Assembly (NCBI RefSeq): GCF_036365525.1
Contig: NC_090387.1
Coordinates: 19,994,173-20,058,172 of the forward strand
Length of the DNA: 64,000 nucleotides
DNA from: Heterodontus francisci
Taxonomy: Eukaryota
Direction of reading: 5' to 3'
The notes beneath the pieces are model-generated. The model was given only the letters and a program-made list of their open reading frames with translations, was not told where the DNA came from and did not search any database. How positions within the stretch are numbered: the first letter of the stretch is position 1; each line of letters starts with the position of its first letter. A program made the translations under genes and the position numbers. Below are positions 11,521 to 23,863 of the stretch, in pieces.

Positions 11521-12609
11521 AACAATATCACAGTGCAAGCATGGACAATGAACCTTACTTCATGTTCACTGTGTTAATGTGGGAAAGCAGTGCGCGTATA
11601 GTTTGCTCTCCTGATACCCCTGCCCTGTTAAAAGTAAATGTGTCTGAGGTTTGTAGGACCAAGTAGCACAGTTGACAGTCAAACCATTGGGGAGCTTGTG
11701 CTTTCATGTTTAATCTGCTTTCAGAAACAGGGTCCGTATTTACTCCATGAATTCATACACTGAAATAGTAAGGTAAAGATTCCAAACATTTTTAAGTGCA
11801 GAGAATGAAAAACATTAGCCTATTTAAAAAAATACATTGACATTAAAGCTGGGAAGATTTAAAAACCAACAGTACATTTCAAAAGCTAAAACCTGCTGAT
11901 CATAATATGTACAGACTGATACATTCAGTGGTAAAATTGCAAGTTGCCAAGTTTCTAAGATATGTGGAATAATGACAGTTTTCCCAAGATACAATTAAAC
12001 ATATGTCTCCCAGTAGTAGCTTTTGCAATGCATGGATGACCATTGTATGCCTTAGGGCAGTAATTTTTTTCGACACAGGCACTGGGAGGAAGCTTGCAGG
12101 ATGTTATCAGCATCCTGTTGCTGTGACCTGCTGAGCAATATCAGGCTAATGTGTCCCCCCACACCACACCCCAGAGTCAACCTTTGGCTCCAGTCTGCTA
12201 TCGATGCCCCAGCAAATTAATGGTGTTATTTGCTAAAAGACAGGAACACCGTGGTTGCAATTACAGTGAAATGTTATTTCAATTAAAAGTCTGGTAAGGA
12301 CAACCAAAGCAGACATCAAATATACTTAGGAATGAAAAGGACATTGAATTACTTATTTTATGTTATGTGTCTGCCTATATGGTTTAAAAAAAAGTTAAAC
12401 TGCTGTCCAATAAGCTTCTTTTCTCTGTTTACCCTCCAATAGTTAAAAAATAGATAATTTTGCTTGCAGTTCTACCCAGCCAACAGGAGCTACATTATTT
12501 CAAGGTAGGAGACACAAAGCTAAATATTAAACACCTCATTTTTTTCTCATATATATTTTTGTTTAGTCATTGCTCCAATTTAAGAGACTCTTATGGAATA
12601 TATTTCAGT

Positions 12610-12962
12610 GCATTTCAAAATTATGAGAGGTTTTGATAGAGTATATGGGGAGAAACTGTTTCTACTGACAGGAGGGTCGGTAACCAGAGGACACAGATTT
12701 AATGTAATTGGCAAAATAATCAGAAGGGAGATGAGGAGATTTTTTTTACACAGTAAGTTGTTATGATCTGGAATGCACTGCCTGAAAGGGTGGGTAAGCA
12801 GATTCAATAATAATTTTGAAAAAGGAATTGTGTAAAACTTTAACGGAAACATTTTCAAGGCAATGGGGAAGGAGTGGGAGTAATTGGATAGTTCAGTCAA
12901 AGAGCCAGCACTAGTACGATGGGCCAAATGGCCTCCTTCTGTGCTGAACGATTCTATGATTC
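12610..12962 (+). mobile_element. CR1 3' fragment
   Basis: Translates as FKIMRGFDRV..KLFLLTGGSVTRGH..; tail GGGCCAAATGGCCTCCTTCTGTGCTG..TTCTATGAT. Confidence 0.85.
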
Positions 12963-13039
12963 TTTACAATCAGTTTGGTGCCCTTTAAGGTCTTTGGTCA
13001 GATGGCAATGAGAGTGATGACAACAATAACTTATCCACC

Positions 13040-13400
13040 CTCTTCAAAGTAGTGAAGCATAACAAGATGCTTTACAAGATAAGGCTGGAAAAATATATCA
13101 GAAAAATTAGACACTGAGCAAGAATTGAAAGGTTTAGGGGAGATGACTGATGGTGAAAGTAATGGGTTTTTGAAAGGATGTAGCAGGGTAGGAGGGTTTA
13201 GGGAGAGAATTCCAGAGAGCAGTGCCATGATGGCTGATGGTTCTGCTATTAATATGTGGGAGGAGGTGGGTAGTCATGTCAGTAGTACAGGAAAGGGGAA
13301 TATTCAAACAGCGATTATGCCAGATTGGGGGAGATTGTAGAGGGTGGTGGAATGAGACAGTTGAAGGATTTGTAGACCATTGGCACAGGTTTTGAGATAA
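13040..13400 (-). mobile_element. Old L2 LINE 3' fragment
   Basis: Similar to the L2 3' region at 62430-62830 (GGTTTAGGGAGAGAATTCCAGAG). Confidence 0.6.
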
Positions 13401-13471
13401 ATGCTGTTCCTATACTGTTGAAGTCAGAATTGCTCTAAGGGATGTGAGAATGGGGTGTACGTGATAATAAT

Positions 13472-14164
13472 GGACTGAATTTTATTTCACGGTGGGGGTC
13501 CTGGCCGGAAAGCAGGGAGTGATCCTGCCTTGGGCGTTCGTCGGACCCTTGGCTGAATTTAATGACGGGCAGGCATTTAACTGCCCGCCATTGGGGATGC
13601 CATCATGTTAATGGACAAGATCCCACCCCGAGCTGCCAGCCAATCAGAGGGCAAGAGTGTGGCCACTGTTGGTACTGCAAGAGGCCTGGAGCAGGAGCCC
13701 TGGAGGAGGTCCCAGAATGAAAGTAAGTGGGGTTGGGCTTGCTGGGGCTGCTCAGGCACACCCCTGCAAAGAGGTGGGCTCTGGGGGATTCATTAGTGAC
13801 AGTGGGGTTTTTCAGTAGAGGGGCCCTCAGTGGCCCACAGGGTGCTCAATCAGGAGCATTCCCCTCCCACCTGAGCCCACAGGGAAGTCACCAGCTTTTA
13901 CTGGGCAGCCTCCCCAACTGGCGGAGTGGGCCCCCAACACTGGTAAAATACCAACAGTGGTGGAAAGAGCCCCTTAAGTGGCCTCTGCCCAGGAAGGCTA
14001 TCCTTGACCTTCCCTGTCCCTGGTAAAAATTCCATGGTGTCGAGAAGACAATGGGCACACTATCTTTCACCTACCTGGCTTCCCTTGCCCTTTTATGCAC
14101 CTGCACCCCCCCCCCCTCACCTGATCTCCCAGCCTGACCCTAGAGGGCTGGTAAAATCCAACCC
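13472..14164. mobile_element. PIF/Harbinger-type MITE
   Basis: Termini GGACTGAATTTTA and TAAAATCCAACCC; 3-bp TSD AAT at 13469-13471 and 14165-14167. Confidence 0.8.
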
Positions 14165-14692
14165 AATGTGCCTGGGAGGAGCAAAAATGTGGTCAGAGGA
14201 AACAAAACATGTCTGGTGACAATAGAATAATTAGGGTTGTTGGAAGCACAACAATGACTTCAGGGACAAGATTTCAGTGCCAGAATAAAATCTCAAAATC
14301 AACACTTCAATATAAAACCCATCATCTGAACACTTCATCCCACCCTCATTTCTGGTCTACTGTGCAGAAGACTGCTGGGAAGTGCAGTAATGAACCAGTC
14401 ATCTATTTACTTAATATATAGGTCAAAGTTAAAACCCAAGTCAAACCAAGAGCTCTGGCTATAGAAAGCTGGACACCAATGCTAGGGATTTGATTTCAAA
14501 TCACTTATGCCCAATGGGTGAACTATGCTGTTCTTGGTCTGGTTACTCAGTAAGACACAGTATGATAGTTGAATGCTGCTTCTTTTGAGGAGAGCATATT
14601 GCTAAACAAGGATAATTTAATATTTTCCTTTCCTTCTTCTTTGTTAGACACCTCAGGATGGTGAAGTGAAAGTGTAATAGAGCACACACTAG

Positions 14693-15390
14693 GGGTGGTA
14701 TCTTATTTAGGCAATGGGGTCTTGGCAACCTGCTGAAGAGCTGGCGAGAGCCTTGCGTCACCTCTTTTCAGGATGGCCTGCCGCATCACTTGCCAATCAG
14801 GCACTTAACTAGGCAGCAGCGGGCTTTCCCCTGAATTAAGGACCCCGGGGACAGAAGTCCCGCCTGCTGAGAGCTGCCAACCTGAGGCCTAGGATTGTCG
14901 AAGGACCCAGGCCACAGGTGAGTCATGATGAGTGGGGTTTCGCAGGTTGGGGATCCCAGGGGAGCGGAGTGTAGGGGGGTTTGGCAGCAAGGACAGGGGG
15001 ATGGCTCTCAGCGGGCCCCCCCCCCCCCCCCCGATTCCTGATACTGGGTCCCTCGATCAGGCACTGAGTGCCTTTGAACAATGGGCCCTCAGGGAGCCGG
15101 CTAGGAACCCGCACAGGTTTGCTTGTTGTACTATCCGTGTGGCGACAGGCCCGCCTGGTGCAGGGTTAATACCGGCGGCGGCAGGACGAGGCCCTTAATT
15201 GGATATTAATTGCGCTTTAAGGACCTCAATTGGTGGCAGAGTGGAAAGGCAGTCTATGGGCTTTCCCGCCACCGACAATTGGGGTGGAGGCGGGAAGGTG
15301 GCGGGGTTCCAACCCCTGCCACCATCCTGACTGATTAAATGCTCTCCCCGCCTTCAAACTCGCCACAAGGCACAGCATAAAATCCAGCCA
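14693..15390. mobile_element. PIF/Harbinger-type MITE
   Basis: GGGTGGTATCTTA ... TAAAATCCAGCCA; TAG on both sides (14690-14692 and 15391-15393); GC-rich interior like the 13472 element. Confidence 0.7.
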
Positions 15391-15649
15391 TAGAAGTGGA
15401 AATCCAACAGAGATCGAATTAATAGGAAACATCATTTCAATTTTATACAAATAATAATTTTATACCAATAACCACATTCACGGAATGAAAGACCTCTCAA
15501 GGAAATTTAATTACCTAGCAAAAATCTACCAATAAAATGCAGCTACTCTTATTAATTATGGAGAAAATGTAATCTAGTTAGAGGAAAAAGGCATCAAGTG
15601 AAGTACAAATGGCCACACTCCAACCTTATTTCAGGGGTATTGTTTGCAG

Positions 15650-15745
15650 ATCACAGACCTCAAATGTTAACTCTGCTTCTCTCTCTGCAGATGCTGCCAG
15701 CATGCTGAGTATTTCCAGCATTTTCTAATTTTATTTCAGATTTTC
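15650..15745 (+). mobile_element. Penelope pseudo-LTR fragment, inverted relative to the 15841-16390 copy
   Basis: GTTAACTCTGCTTCTCTCTCTGCAGATGCTGCC..GCTGAGTATTTCCAGCATTTTCT..TTTATTTCAGATT is the reverse complement of ~15865-15945. Confidence 0.75.
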
Positions 15746-15840
15746 TGTATTGTTTGCAGGCTCTTAAATTGGTTAGTCACAACAGCTATAGCAATACACC
15801 AGGCTCTGGCTGCTGACACAGATAATCTGGCAAGTCAATC

Positions 15841-16390
15841 AAAAGCAAAATACTGCCGATGCTGGAAATCTGAAATAAAAACAGAAAATGCTGGAAATAC
15901 TCAGCAGGTCAGGCAGCATCTGTGGAGAGAGAAACAGAGTTAACGTTTCAGGTTTGTGACATTTCATCAGAAGTGAAAAATGTTAGAGTTGTAACTGGTT
16001 TTAAGCAAGTACAGAGGCAACAAAAAAGGGGAGGGGTGGAAAGGACAAAAGGGAAGGCTGGTGATAGTGTGGATGACAGGAAAGATTAAATGACAAAAGG
16101 ATAATGATGCAAGACAAAAGGGGATGGTAATGCTCCAAATGAAAAAAACAGAAGATGTCTCTTGAAAAGATGTAAATGATAATAGCAGAATCATTACCAA
16201 CAGTTGCTGCCTGAAAAATGGGAGCTGTGTTTATGAACTGAAGTTGTTGAACTCATTGTTGGGTCTGGAAGGTTGTAAAGTGCCTAGTTGAAAGATGGCA
16301 TGCTGTTCCTCGATTTTCCATTGAGCTTCATTAGAACAGTACAGGAGGTCAAGGACAGAGAGGTCAGAGTTGGAGTGGGGTGGAGACATG
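15841..16390 (-). mobile_element. Penelope-like element 3' end (GIY-YIG C-terminus plus pseudo-LTR)
   Basis: Minus strand reads HSNSDLSVLDLLYCSNEAQWKIEEQHAIFQLGTLQPSRPNNEFNNF, a typical Penelope C-terminus. Confidence 0.85.
15938..15973 (-). ncRNA. Degenerate minimal hammerhead ribozyme motif in the Penelope pseudo-LTR
   Basis: Minus strand reads CTT-CTGATGA-AATGTCACAAACCT-GAAA-CGTT-AACT: both catalytic boxes and a palindromic AACGTT are present; stem II is imperfect. Confidence 0.6.
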
Positions 16391-16744
16391 ACCACCCAAC
16401 GCGTGTGGTGTAATAACTTGGGTATAAAATGATACAGTCTTTTTAAGTATTACCAAACAAGCATTAGACACAGTTTTAGATATTGCATTGTTAAGGTTGA
16501 GAAATATCGACCGAATTGCTACCATATACCTAGATTTCAGAGATAGTCATGTACATATCTGCATTGTGCAAATCTGCATTGTGTCCTCAGCATTTACAGT
16601 AAAATAAGGATCATATATTAAAAGATTAAATAAATGTGAAGGGCTTGCTCTTAGAAATTTCTTGTAAGTAGTTGCTGGAACCCATTTTTTGCCTTAATTT
16701 TGTAAATTTGCACAGCTAAAGCTCAGAAGGATAAGGCAAGGAGT

Positions 16745-16875
16745 CAGTTGGGCTCAGTTAGTCATGCTCTCACCTAAGTCAGGAGGCTGTAAGTTCCATA
16801 AATAATATAGGTTTACACTCTGGTGCAGTACTGAAGGAGTGCTGCATTGTCAAACCTGTAGTCTTTTAGACTGAG
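16745..16875 (+). mobile_element. 5' head fragment of a Deu-type SINE
   Basis: GGCTCAGTTAG..CTCTCACCTAAGTCAGGAGGCTGTAAGTTC..GTGCAGTACTGAAGGAGTGCTGCATTGTC matches the reverse of the head of the 37505-37950 copy. Confidence 0.6.
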
Positions 16876-19551
16876 CAAAGAAAATAAGTGTGTATTTTAC
16901 TAACTGCAACGACCTCTAAAGAAAAGGTCAGAAAATGGAATCAATTGCCTGCACCACTGTTACTAATCCAAAGTAAAGGACTTTATGAGGTATGTCAATG
17001 CATTGGTAGTAATATATTCTTCTCAGTACATCAAATGGACTTTTCCTGTGAACTTACTGGCACCAGGATTGTTTTTACTGGCATCAGTGACTAATTGTTT
17101 CCATTAAAAGTCAACATAAAGATCCTGATTACAGCCTAATTCACATGATTTAATGCTCAGGATAAGATCACTTCATTGTAAATAAGATTCAACAGCCTTC
17201 ACTTTCCATTGCTTGGCTCCATAATCCACCAGCTCCTGAACACCACAAAAAATATGATTGATTATTTATCATTTCTATCTTCAATCTAGTCATTTATTAT
17301 CTCTATTTTCTTCATTTCCACTTTGTTTTTATTCTGTTCTTTTCACTTTTTCCTCCTATTTTTCTTTCTGTAAATTATTTTAATTTTCTCTCGTCATTTA
17401 ATTTACTATTTATACTTCTGCCTATTTCTTCTGTTCAACTTCCCTCAGTTGTATTTAAACCATATTTATTTATTTTACCCCCGCACCTGTACCTTTAACA
17501 ACCAATGAGTAATCGCTGCTGGTGTGACACTGATCCACAGATAGTGATAAAGAATTGAATTAATTCCCACTGTTCAGTAAACTCTGTCACTTTTTTTTTA
17601 GGGGGATGGCGAGGGTATTGTTTTACAACCACAGGGTGAGAAATCTAAGTTCTGGGCATTGAGAATAGTTTCCACACTGCGGAGTGCAAACCAATTACTC
17701 TCAGGGTAGCTGTAGTAAGATTAAATTCAATAGCTATAAAAACAGGAATCGCGTTGCACGATTAACCTGTTGCTTCTGATGCACGCAACATGCAAACTTC
17801 ATGCTGCCTGCTAATTTGCATGATTTTAGCACTAACCGCACTGTTGAGTGACTGCCTCAGCAGGAGGCCCAAAATCGGGATAGACTAGCACCACTTAGAG
17901 CTAGCATGCACTACTTAAAGCCAACCTGCACCTCTTAAAGGGGAGGTGCATTGTGGCTGCAGCAGATGCTGGAAGTTATGTTACAACTGTATTGACCTGA
18001 GAAAGACACAAGAATGGCACAACATGGGAGATAGCGGGCTCCAAGATTTTGTGACGCTGCACTGGAGCCTTGGTCGAGGAGATGCAGAGGATGAGAGATG
18101 TTCTCTATTCATAGGGGGCTAGGAGGCCCTGCAGAAAAACTCTTAGAAGACAGTGGGACCAGTTAGCCAAGGAGGTCAATGCTTGGAGTCAAGTCTCGAG
18201 AACCTGGATGCAGTGCCGCAAGAAGTTCAACGACCTCACACGAATGGTCAAGGTCAGTTAGTGTATCTTCAAATGCGGTAGTGCATCAACTGCACCACTA
18301 GCCTTAGCAGCAGTGAAGCACACACATCCCCATCATTCACCCACCAACTATTTCTTTCAGCAGGACTCATCTCTAACATTCATAGCTTCACCACACCCTC
18401 ACAAACCTAGCACTGCTGCAAGCCTCACACCCGCATTTCACAACTTACATACACTGCCAGCTATTCAGCATGACAGCCACATTACCCAAACAGATTGCAC
18501 GACACTCGCCTCTCTCTTGCAGGACAGGGCGGTGCACAACCGGAGGAAGTAGGTGCGAAATGATGGAGACAGGCACGGCTTCATGGAGAAGACAGTGCTC
18601 GCCATCATTGAGCAGCCATTGCTGAAGCGGTGTCTAGTGGTGGGGCTGAAACAATGGAAAATGGCAGTATCCTCATGCCAAATCCTCCTTCTCATATTCC
18701 ACTTCCCTCTCATTCCACAATCTCTTCTGCTCTTCTGATTTAGAAGCTGAAGATATTGTAAGCATATACCTCATATATTCCCCTCCACCCCTCACCACAA
18801 GACTACCCTTATGCCTTTCTCTTTTCAGATATCCAAAAGCTGCAACCTGCAAGAGCAGCAGGTGGAAGAGCAAGATGACATTGAGTATGAAGAAACATCA
18901 TCATTCAATGTCACACTTGCAGCTACCAGCTCAGATACTGACACTAAGTGTACTTTAAAGGATAGCTTAGAGGAGGGAACTGCATTTGGTGAGATATCGG
19001 GCATGATGGGCCTGCAAACAGGGCAGGGACAAGGGTGGAGCAGGTACCGGCTCCCGGGAGAGCAAGGTCACATGTGAGCTCAGCTGCAGAGGACTCAGAT
19101 TAGTATTTTCTGGGAAGGCTACAGAAGAAGGCTGATGCGTATGCACAATTAAATGTTCGGTGCGTTAGCAGGCTTGCAAGAAAGCCTGCGTGCCAAATCA
19201 TAGACCCAATCATGGTGCAGTGTCTGATGGCTGATGACTCAGCTTCCATTGCAGCACAGGCAGCAGTCACCCAATGTCTGGGTGCTGTCATGCGAGCACA
19301 GACTGCTGCCATCAGGGCTGCAGAAGCCTGTGTTCAAAGGGGCTCACATCATGTCACACCAGTCCAGAATTCTGTCCTCCAACAGATTACCAGGACTGCT
19401 GAGACACTGCCCAGGGGAGTGGCAGTGGCTTTGTGGAACATGAACCTTCTGTCCACTCTCAGGGTAACAGCATTCATCCTCCCATCGCTGCCATTTACCA
19501 GTGCCCTTTGTTACGACTAGGTGAGAAAGGGGTCTAGGGATCCCTCTCAGC

Positions 19552-22365
19552 CTTTTTTTAAATTCATTCATGGAATGTGGGCATCACTGGCTAGGCCAGC
19601 ATTTATTGCCCATCCCTAACTGCCCTTGAGAACGTGGTGGTGAGCTGCCTTCTTGAACCACTGCAGTCCGTGTGAGGTAGATACACCCACAGTGCTGTGA
19701 GGAAGGGAGTTCCAGGATTTTGACCCAGCGACACTGAAGGAATGATGATATACTTCCAAGTCAGGGTGGTGTGTAACTTGGAGGGAAACTTGCAGGTGGT
19801 GGTGTTCCCATGCATCTGCTGCCCTTGTCCTTCTAGGTAGTAGAGGTTGCGAGTTTGGAAGGTGCTGTCTCAGGAGCCTTGGTGCATTGCTGCAGTGTAT
19901 CTTGTAGATGGTACACACTGCTGCCACTGCTTGACAGTGGTGGAGGGAGTGACTGTTTGGGGATGGGGTGCCAATCAAGTGGGCTGCTTTGTCCTGGATG
20001 GGGTTGAGCTTCTTGAGTGTTGTTGGAGCTGAACCCATCCAGGCAAGTGGAGCGTATTCCATCACACTCCTAACTTGTGCCTTGTAGATGGTGGAGAGGC
20101 TTTGGGGAGTTGGGAGGTGAGTTACTCATGCAGGATTCCTAGCCTCTGACCTGCTCTTGTAGCCACGGTATTTATATGACTACTACAGTTCAGTTTCTGG
20201 TCAATGGTAGCCCCTAGGATGTTGATAGCGGGGGATCCAGTGATGGTAATGTAATTGAATGTCAAGTGGAGATGGTTAGATTTTCTCTTGTTGGAGATGG
20301 TCATTGCCTGGCACTTGTGTGGTGTGAATGTTACTTGCCACTTATCAGCCCAAACCTGGATATTGTCCAGGTCTTGCTGCATTTCTGCACAGACTGCTTC
20401 AGTATCTGAGGAGTCACGAATGGTACTGAACATTGTGCAATCATCAGTGAACATCCCCACTTCTGACCTTATGATTGAAGGAAGGTCATTGATGAAGCAG
20501 CTGAAGATGGTTGGACCTAGGACACTACCCTGAGGAATCCCTACAGTAATGTCCTGGGACTGAGATGATTGAACTCCAACAACTACAACCATCATCCTTT
20601 ATTTATTTATTTTTTTATTTAGAGATACAGCACTGAAACAGGCCCTTCGGCCCACCGAGTCTGTGCCAACCAACAACCACCCATTTGTACTAACCCTACA
20701 GTAATCCCATATGCCCTACCACCTACCTACACTAGGGGCAATTTATAACAGCCAATTTACCTATCACCTGCAAGTCTTTGGCGGTGGGAGGAAACCGGAA
20801 CACCCGGAGGAAACCCACGCAGACACAGGGAGAACTTGCAAACTCCGCACAGACAATACCCAGAATTGAACCCGGGTCCCTGGAGTTGTGAGGCTGCGGT
20901 GCTAACCACTGCGCCAGTGTGCTAGGTATGACTCCAGCCAGTGGAGGGTTTTCCCCCGATTCCCATTGACTCCAATTTTGCGAGGGCTTCTTGATGCCAT
21001 ACTCGGTTAAATGCTGCCTTGACATCAAAGGCAGTCACTTTCACCTCACCTCTGGAGATCAGCTTTTTTGTCCATGTTTGAACCAAGGCTGTTATGAGGT
21101 CAGGAGCTGAGTGGCCCTGGCGGAACCCAAACTGAGTGCCACTGAGCAGGTTATTGCTAAGCAAGTGCCACTTGATGACGCTGTTGATGACACCTTCCAT
21201 CACTTTGCTAATGATTGAGAGTAGACTGATGGGGTGGTAATTGGTCGGGTTGGACTTGTCCTGATTTTTGTGTACAGGACATACCTGGGCAATTTTCCAC
21301 ATTTCCGGGTAGATGCCAGTGTTGTAGCTGCACTGGAACAGCTTGGCTACTGGCATGGCAAGTTCTGGAGGTCTTCAGTACTTTCCTCTTTTGGGCCTCC
21401 TTATCTCGAGAGACAATGGATACGCATAGTCTTTGCAGTATCCAGTGCCTTCAGCCGTTTCTTGGTATCACGTGGAGCGAATCGAATTGGCTGAAGTCTG
21501 GCCTCTGTGATGCTGGGGACTTCAGGAGGAGGCCGAGATGGATCATGAACTCAGCACTTCTGGCTGAACATTGTTGCAAATGCTTCAGCCTTATCTTTCG
21601 CACTGATGTGCTGGACTCCCCCACCGTTGAGGATGGGGATATTTGTGGAGTCACCTCCGCCAGTTAGTTGTTTAATTGTCCACCACCATTCACAGCTGGA
21701 TGTGGCAGGACTGATCTGATTCGTTGGTTATGGGATCGCTTAGCTTTGTCTATTGCATGCTGCTTATGCAGTTTGGCACACAAGTAGTCCTGTGTTGTAA
21801 CTTCACCAGGTTGACACCGCATTTTGCGGTATGCCTGGTGCTGCTCCTGGCATGTCCTCCTTTACTCTTCATTGAACCTGGCTTGGTGTCCCGGCTTGAT
21901 GGTAATGGCAGAGTGGGGATATGCTGGGCCATGAGGTTAGATTGTGGTTGAGTGCAGTTCTGCTGCTACTGATTGCCCATATAACCTCATGGATGACCAA
22001 TTTTGCATTGCTAGATCTGTTCAAAATCTATCCCAATTCGCACGGTGGTAGTGCCACACAACACAATGGAGGGTATCCTCAATTGGAAGACGGGACTTAG
22101 TCTCCACAAGGACTGTGTGGTGGTCACTGCTACAAATACTGTCATGGACAGATGGATCTGCAGCAGGCAGATTTGTGAGGACGAGGTCAAGTATGTTTTT
22201 CCCTCTTGTTGGTTCCCTCACCACCTGCTGCAGACCCAGTCTAGCAGCTATGTCCTTTAAGACTTGGCCAGCTCAGTCAGTAGTGGTGCTACCAAGCCAC
22301 TCTTGATGATGGACATTGAAGTCCTCCACCCAGAGTACATTCTGCGCCCTTGCTACCCTCAGTGC
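19552..22365 (-). mobile_element. LINE family A, 5'-truncated within the endonuclease
   Basis: ORFs VREPTRGKNILDLVLTN..SDH (endonuclease), RT motifs and family A 3' UTR; inserted in the LTR with GCCTT duplicated. Confidence 0.93.
20600..20920 (-). mobile_element. V-SINE (HE1-like) inserted into LINE family A
   Basis: Reverse complement of the 9463 SINE with a (TAAA)n tail; the LINE RT sequence resumes on both sides. Confidence 0.92.
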
Positions 22366-22574
22366 CTTCACCTGGTCTTACCGTAACAGGGTTTAATTTT
22401 AAGCACACCATGTTTTTAGCTCCCCCTTAGTGAATTCTTGTTCACTGCTTTCCAATTATAAGGCAAGGAAACCAGCACAAACACGTTTACTTAGGTTTAA
22501 AGAAGAAAGGTTGAAATTTATTAAACTTAAACTCTAATTTGGTTAACGACTACGGTTACACGAAATGCCCATGC

Positions 22575-23863
22575 TCAGTGACCCTCAGTTTGGGTTCCGC
22601 CATGGACACTCAGCTCCTGACTTCATTACAGCCTTGGTTCAAACATGGAGAAAGAGCTGAACTCAAGAGGTGAGGTGAGAGTGACTGCGCTTGACATCAA
22701 GGCAGCATTTGACCGAGTATGGCATCAAGGAACCCTAGCAAAACTAAGTTCAATGGGAATCAGGATGAAAACCCTCCGCTGGCTGGAGTCATACCTAGTG
22801 CAAAGGAAAATGGTTGTGGTTGTTGGCGGTCAATCATCTGAGCTCCAGGACATCACTGCAGGAGTTGCTCAAGGTAGCGTCCTAGGCCCAACCATTTGTG
22901 CTGGTTTCCTTGCCTTCAGCTGCTTCATCAATGATCTCCCTTCAATCATAAGGTCAGAAGTGGGGTTGTTCGCTGATGATTGCACAATGTTCAGCACCAT
23001 TCGTTTACTCCTCAGATACTGAAGCAGTCCGTGTAGATGCAGCAAGACCTGGACAATATCCAGGCTTGGGTTGATAAGTGGCAAGTAACATTCACGTCAC
23101 AGAAATGCCAGGCAATGACCATCTCCAAAAAGAGAGAATCTAACCATCTCCCCTTGACATTCAATGGCATTACCATCGCTGAATCCCCCACTATCAACAT
23201 CCTAGGGGCTACCATTGACCGAAAACTGAACTGGAGTAGCCATATAAATATCATGGCTGCAAGAGCAGGTCAGAGGCTAGGAATCCTGCAGCGAGTAACT
23301 CACCTCCTGACTCCCCAAAGCCTGTCCACCATCTACAAGGCACAAGTTAGGAGTGTGATGGAATACTCTCCACTTGCCTGGATGGGTTCAGCTCCAACAA
23401 CACTCAAGAAGCTTGACACAATACAGGACAAATCAGCCCACTTGATTGGCACCCCATCTACAAACATTCACTCCCTCCACCACCGATGCATAGTGGCAGC
23501 AGTGTGTACCATCTACAAGATGCACTGCAGCAATGTACCAAAGCTCCTTAGACAGCACCTTCCAAACCCGCGACCTCTACCACCTGGAAGGACAAGGGCA
23601 GCAAATGCATGGGAACACCACCACCTACAAGTTCCCCTCCAAGTCACACACCATCCTGACTTGGAACTATATTGCCATTCCTTCTGTTGTTCTGTCAAAA
23701 TCCTGGAACTCCCTTCCTAACAGCACTGTGGGTGTACCTACCCCACATGGACTGCAGCGGTTCAAGAAGACAGCTCACCACCACCTTCTTAAGAGCAACT
23801 AGGGATGGGCAATAAATGCTGGCCTGGCCGGCAATGCCCACATCCCATGAATGAATAAAAAAA
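22575..23863 (+). mobile_element. LINE family A, 5'-truncated
   Basis: ALDIKAAFDRVWH, GLFADD, C-terminus and CCCACATCCCATGAATGAATAAAAA tail. Confidence 0.93.

Noticed and set aside
16895-16995. TACTAAC branch motif and GAG/GTATGT donor suggesting a small exon
   Set aside because: Weak polypyrimidine tract and an unrecognised peptide.
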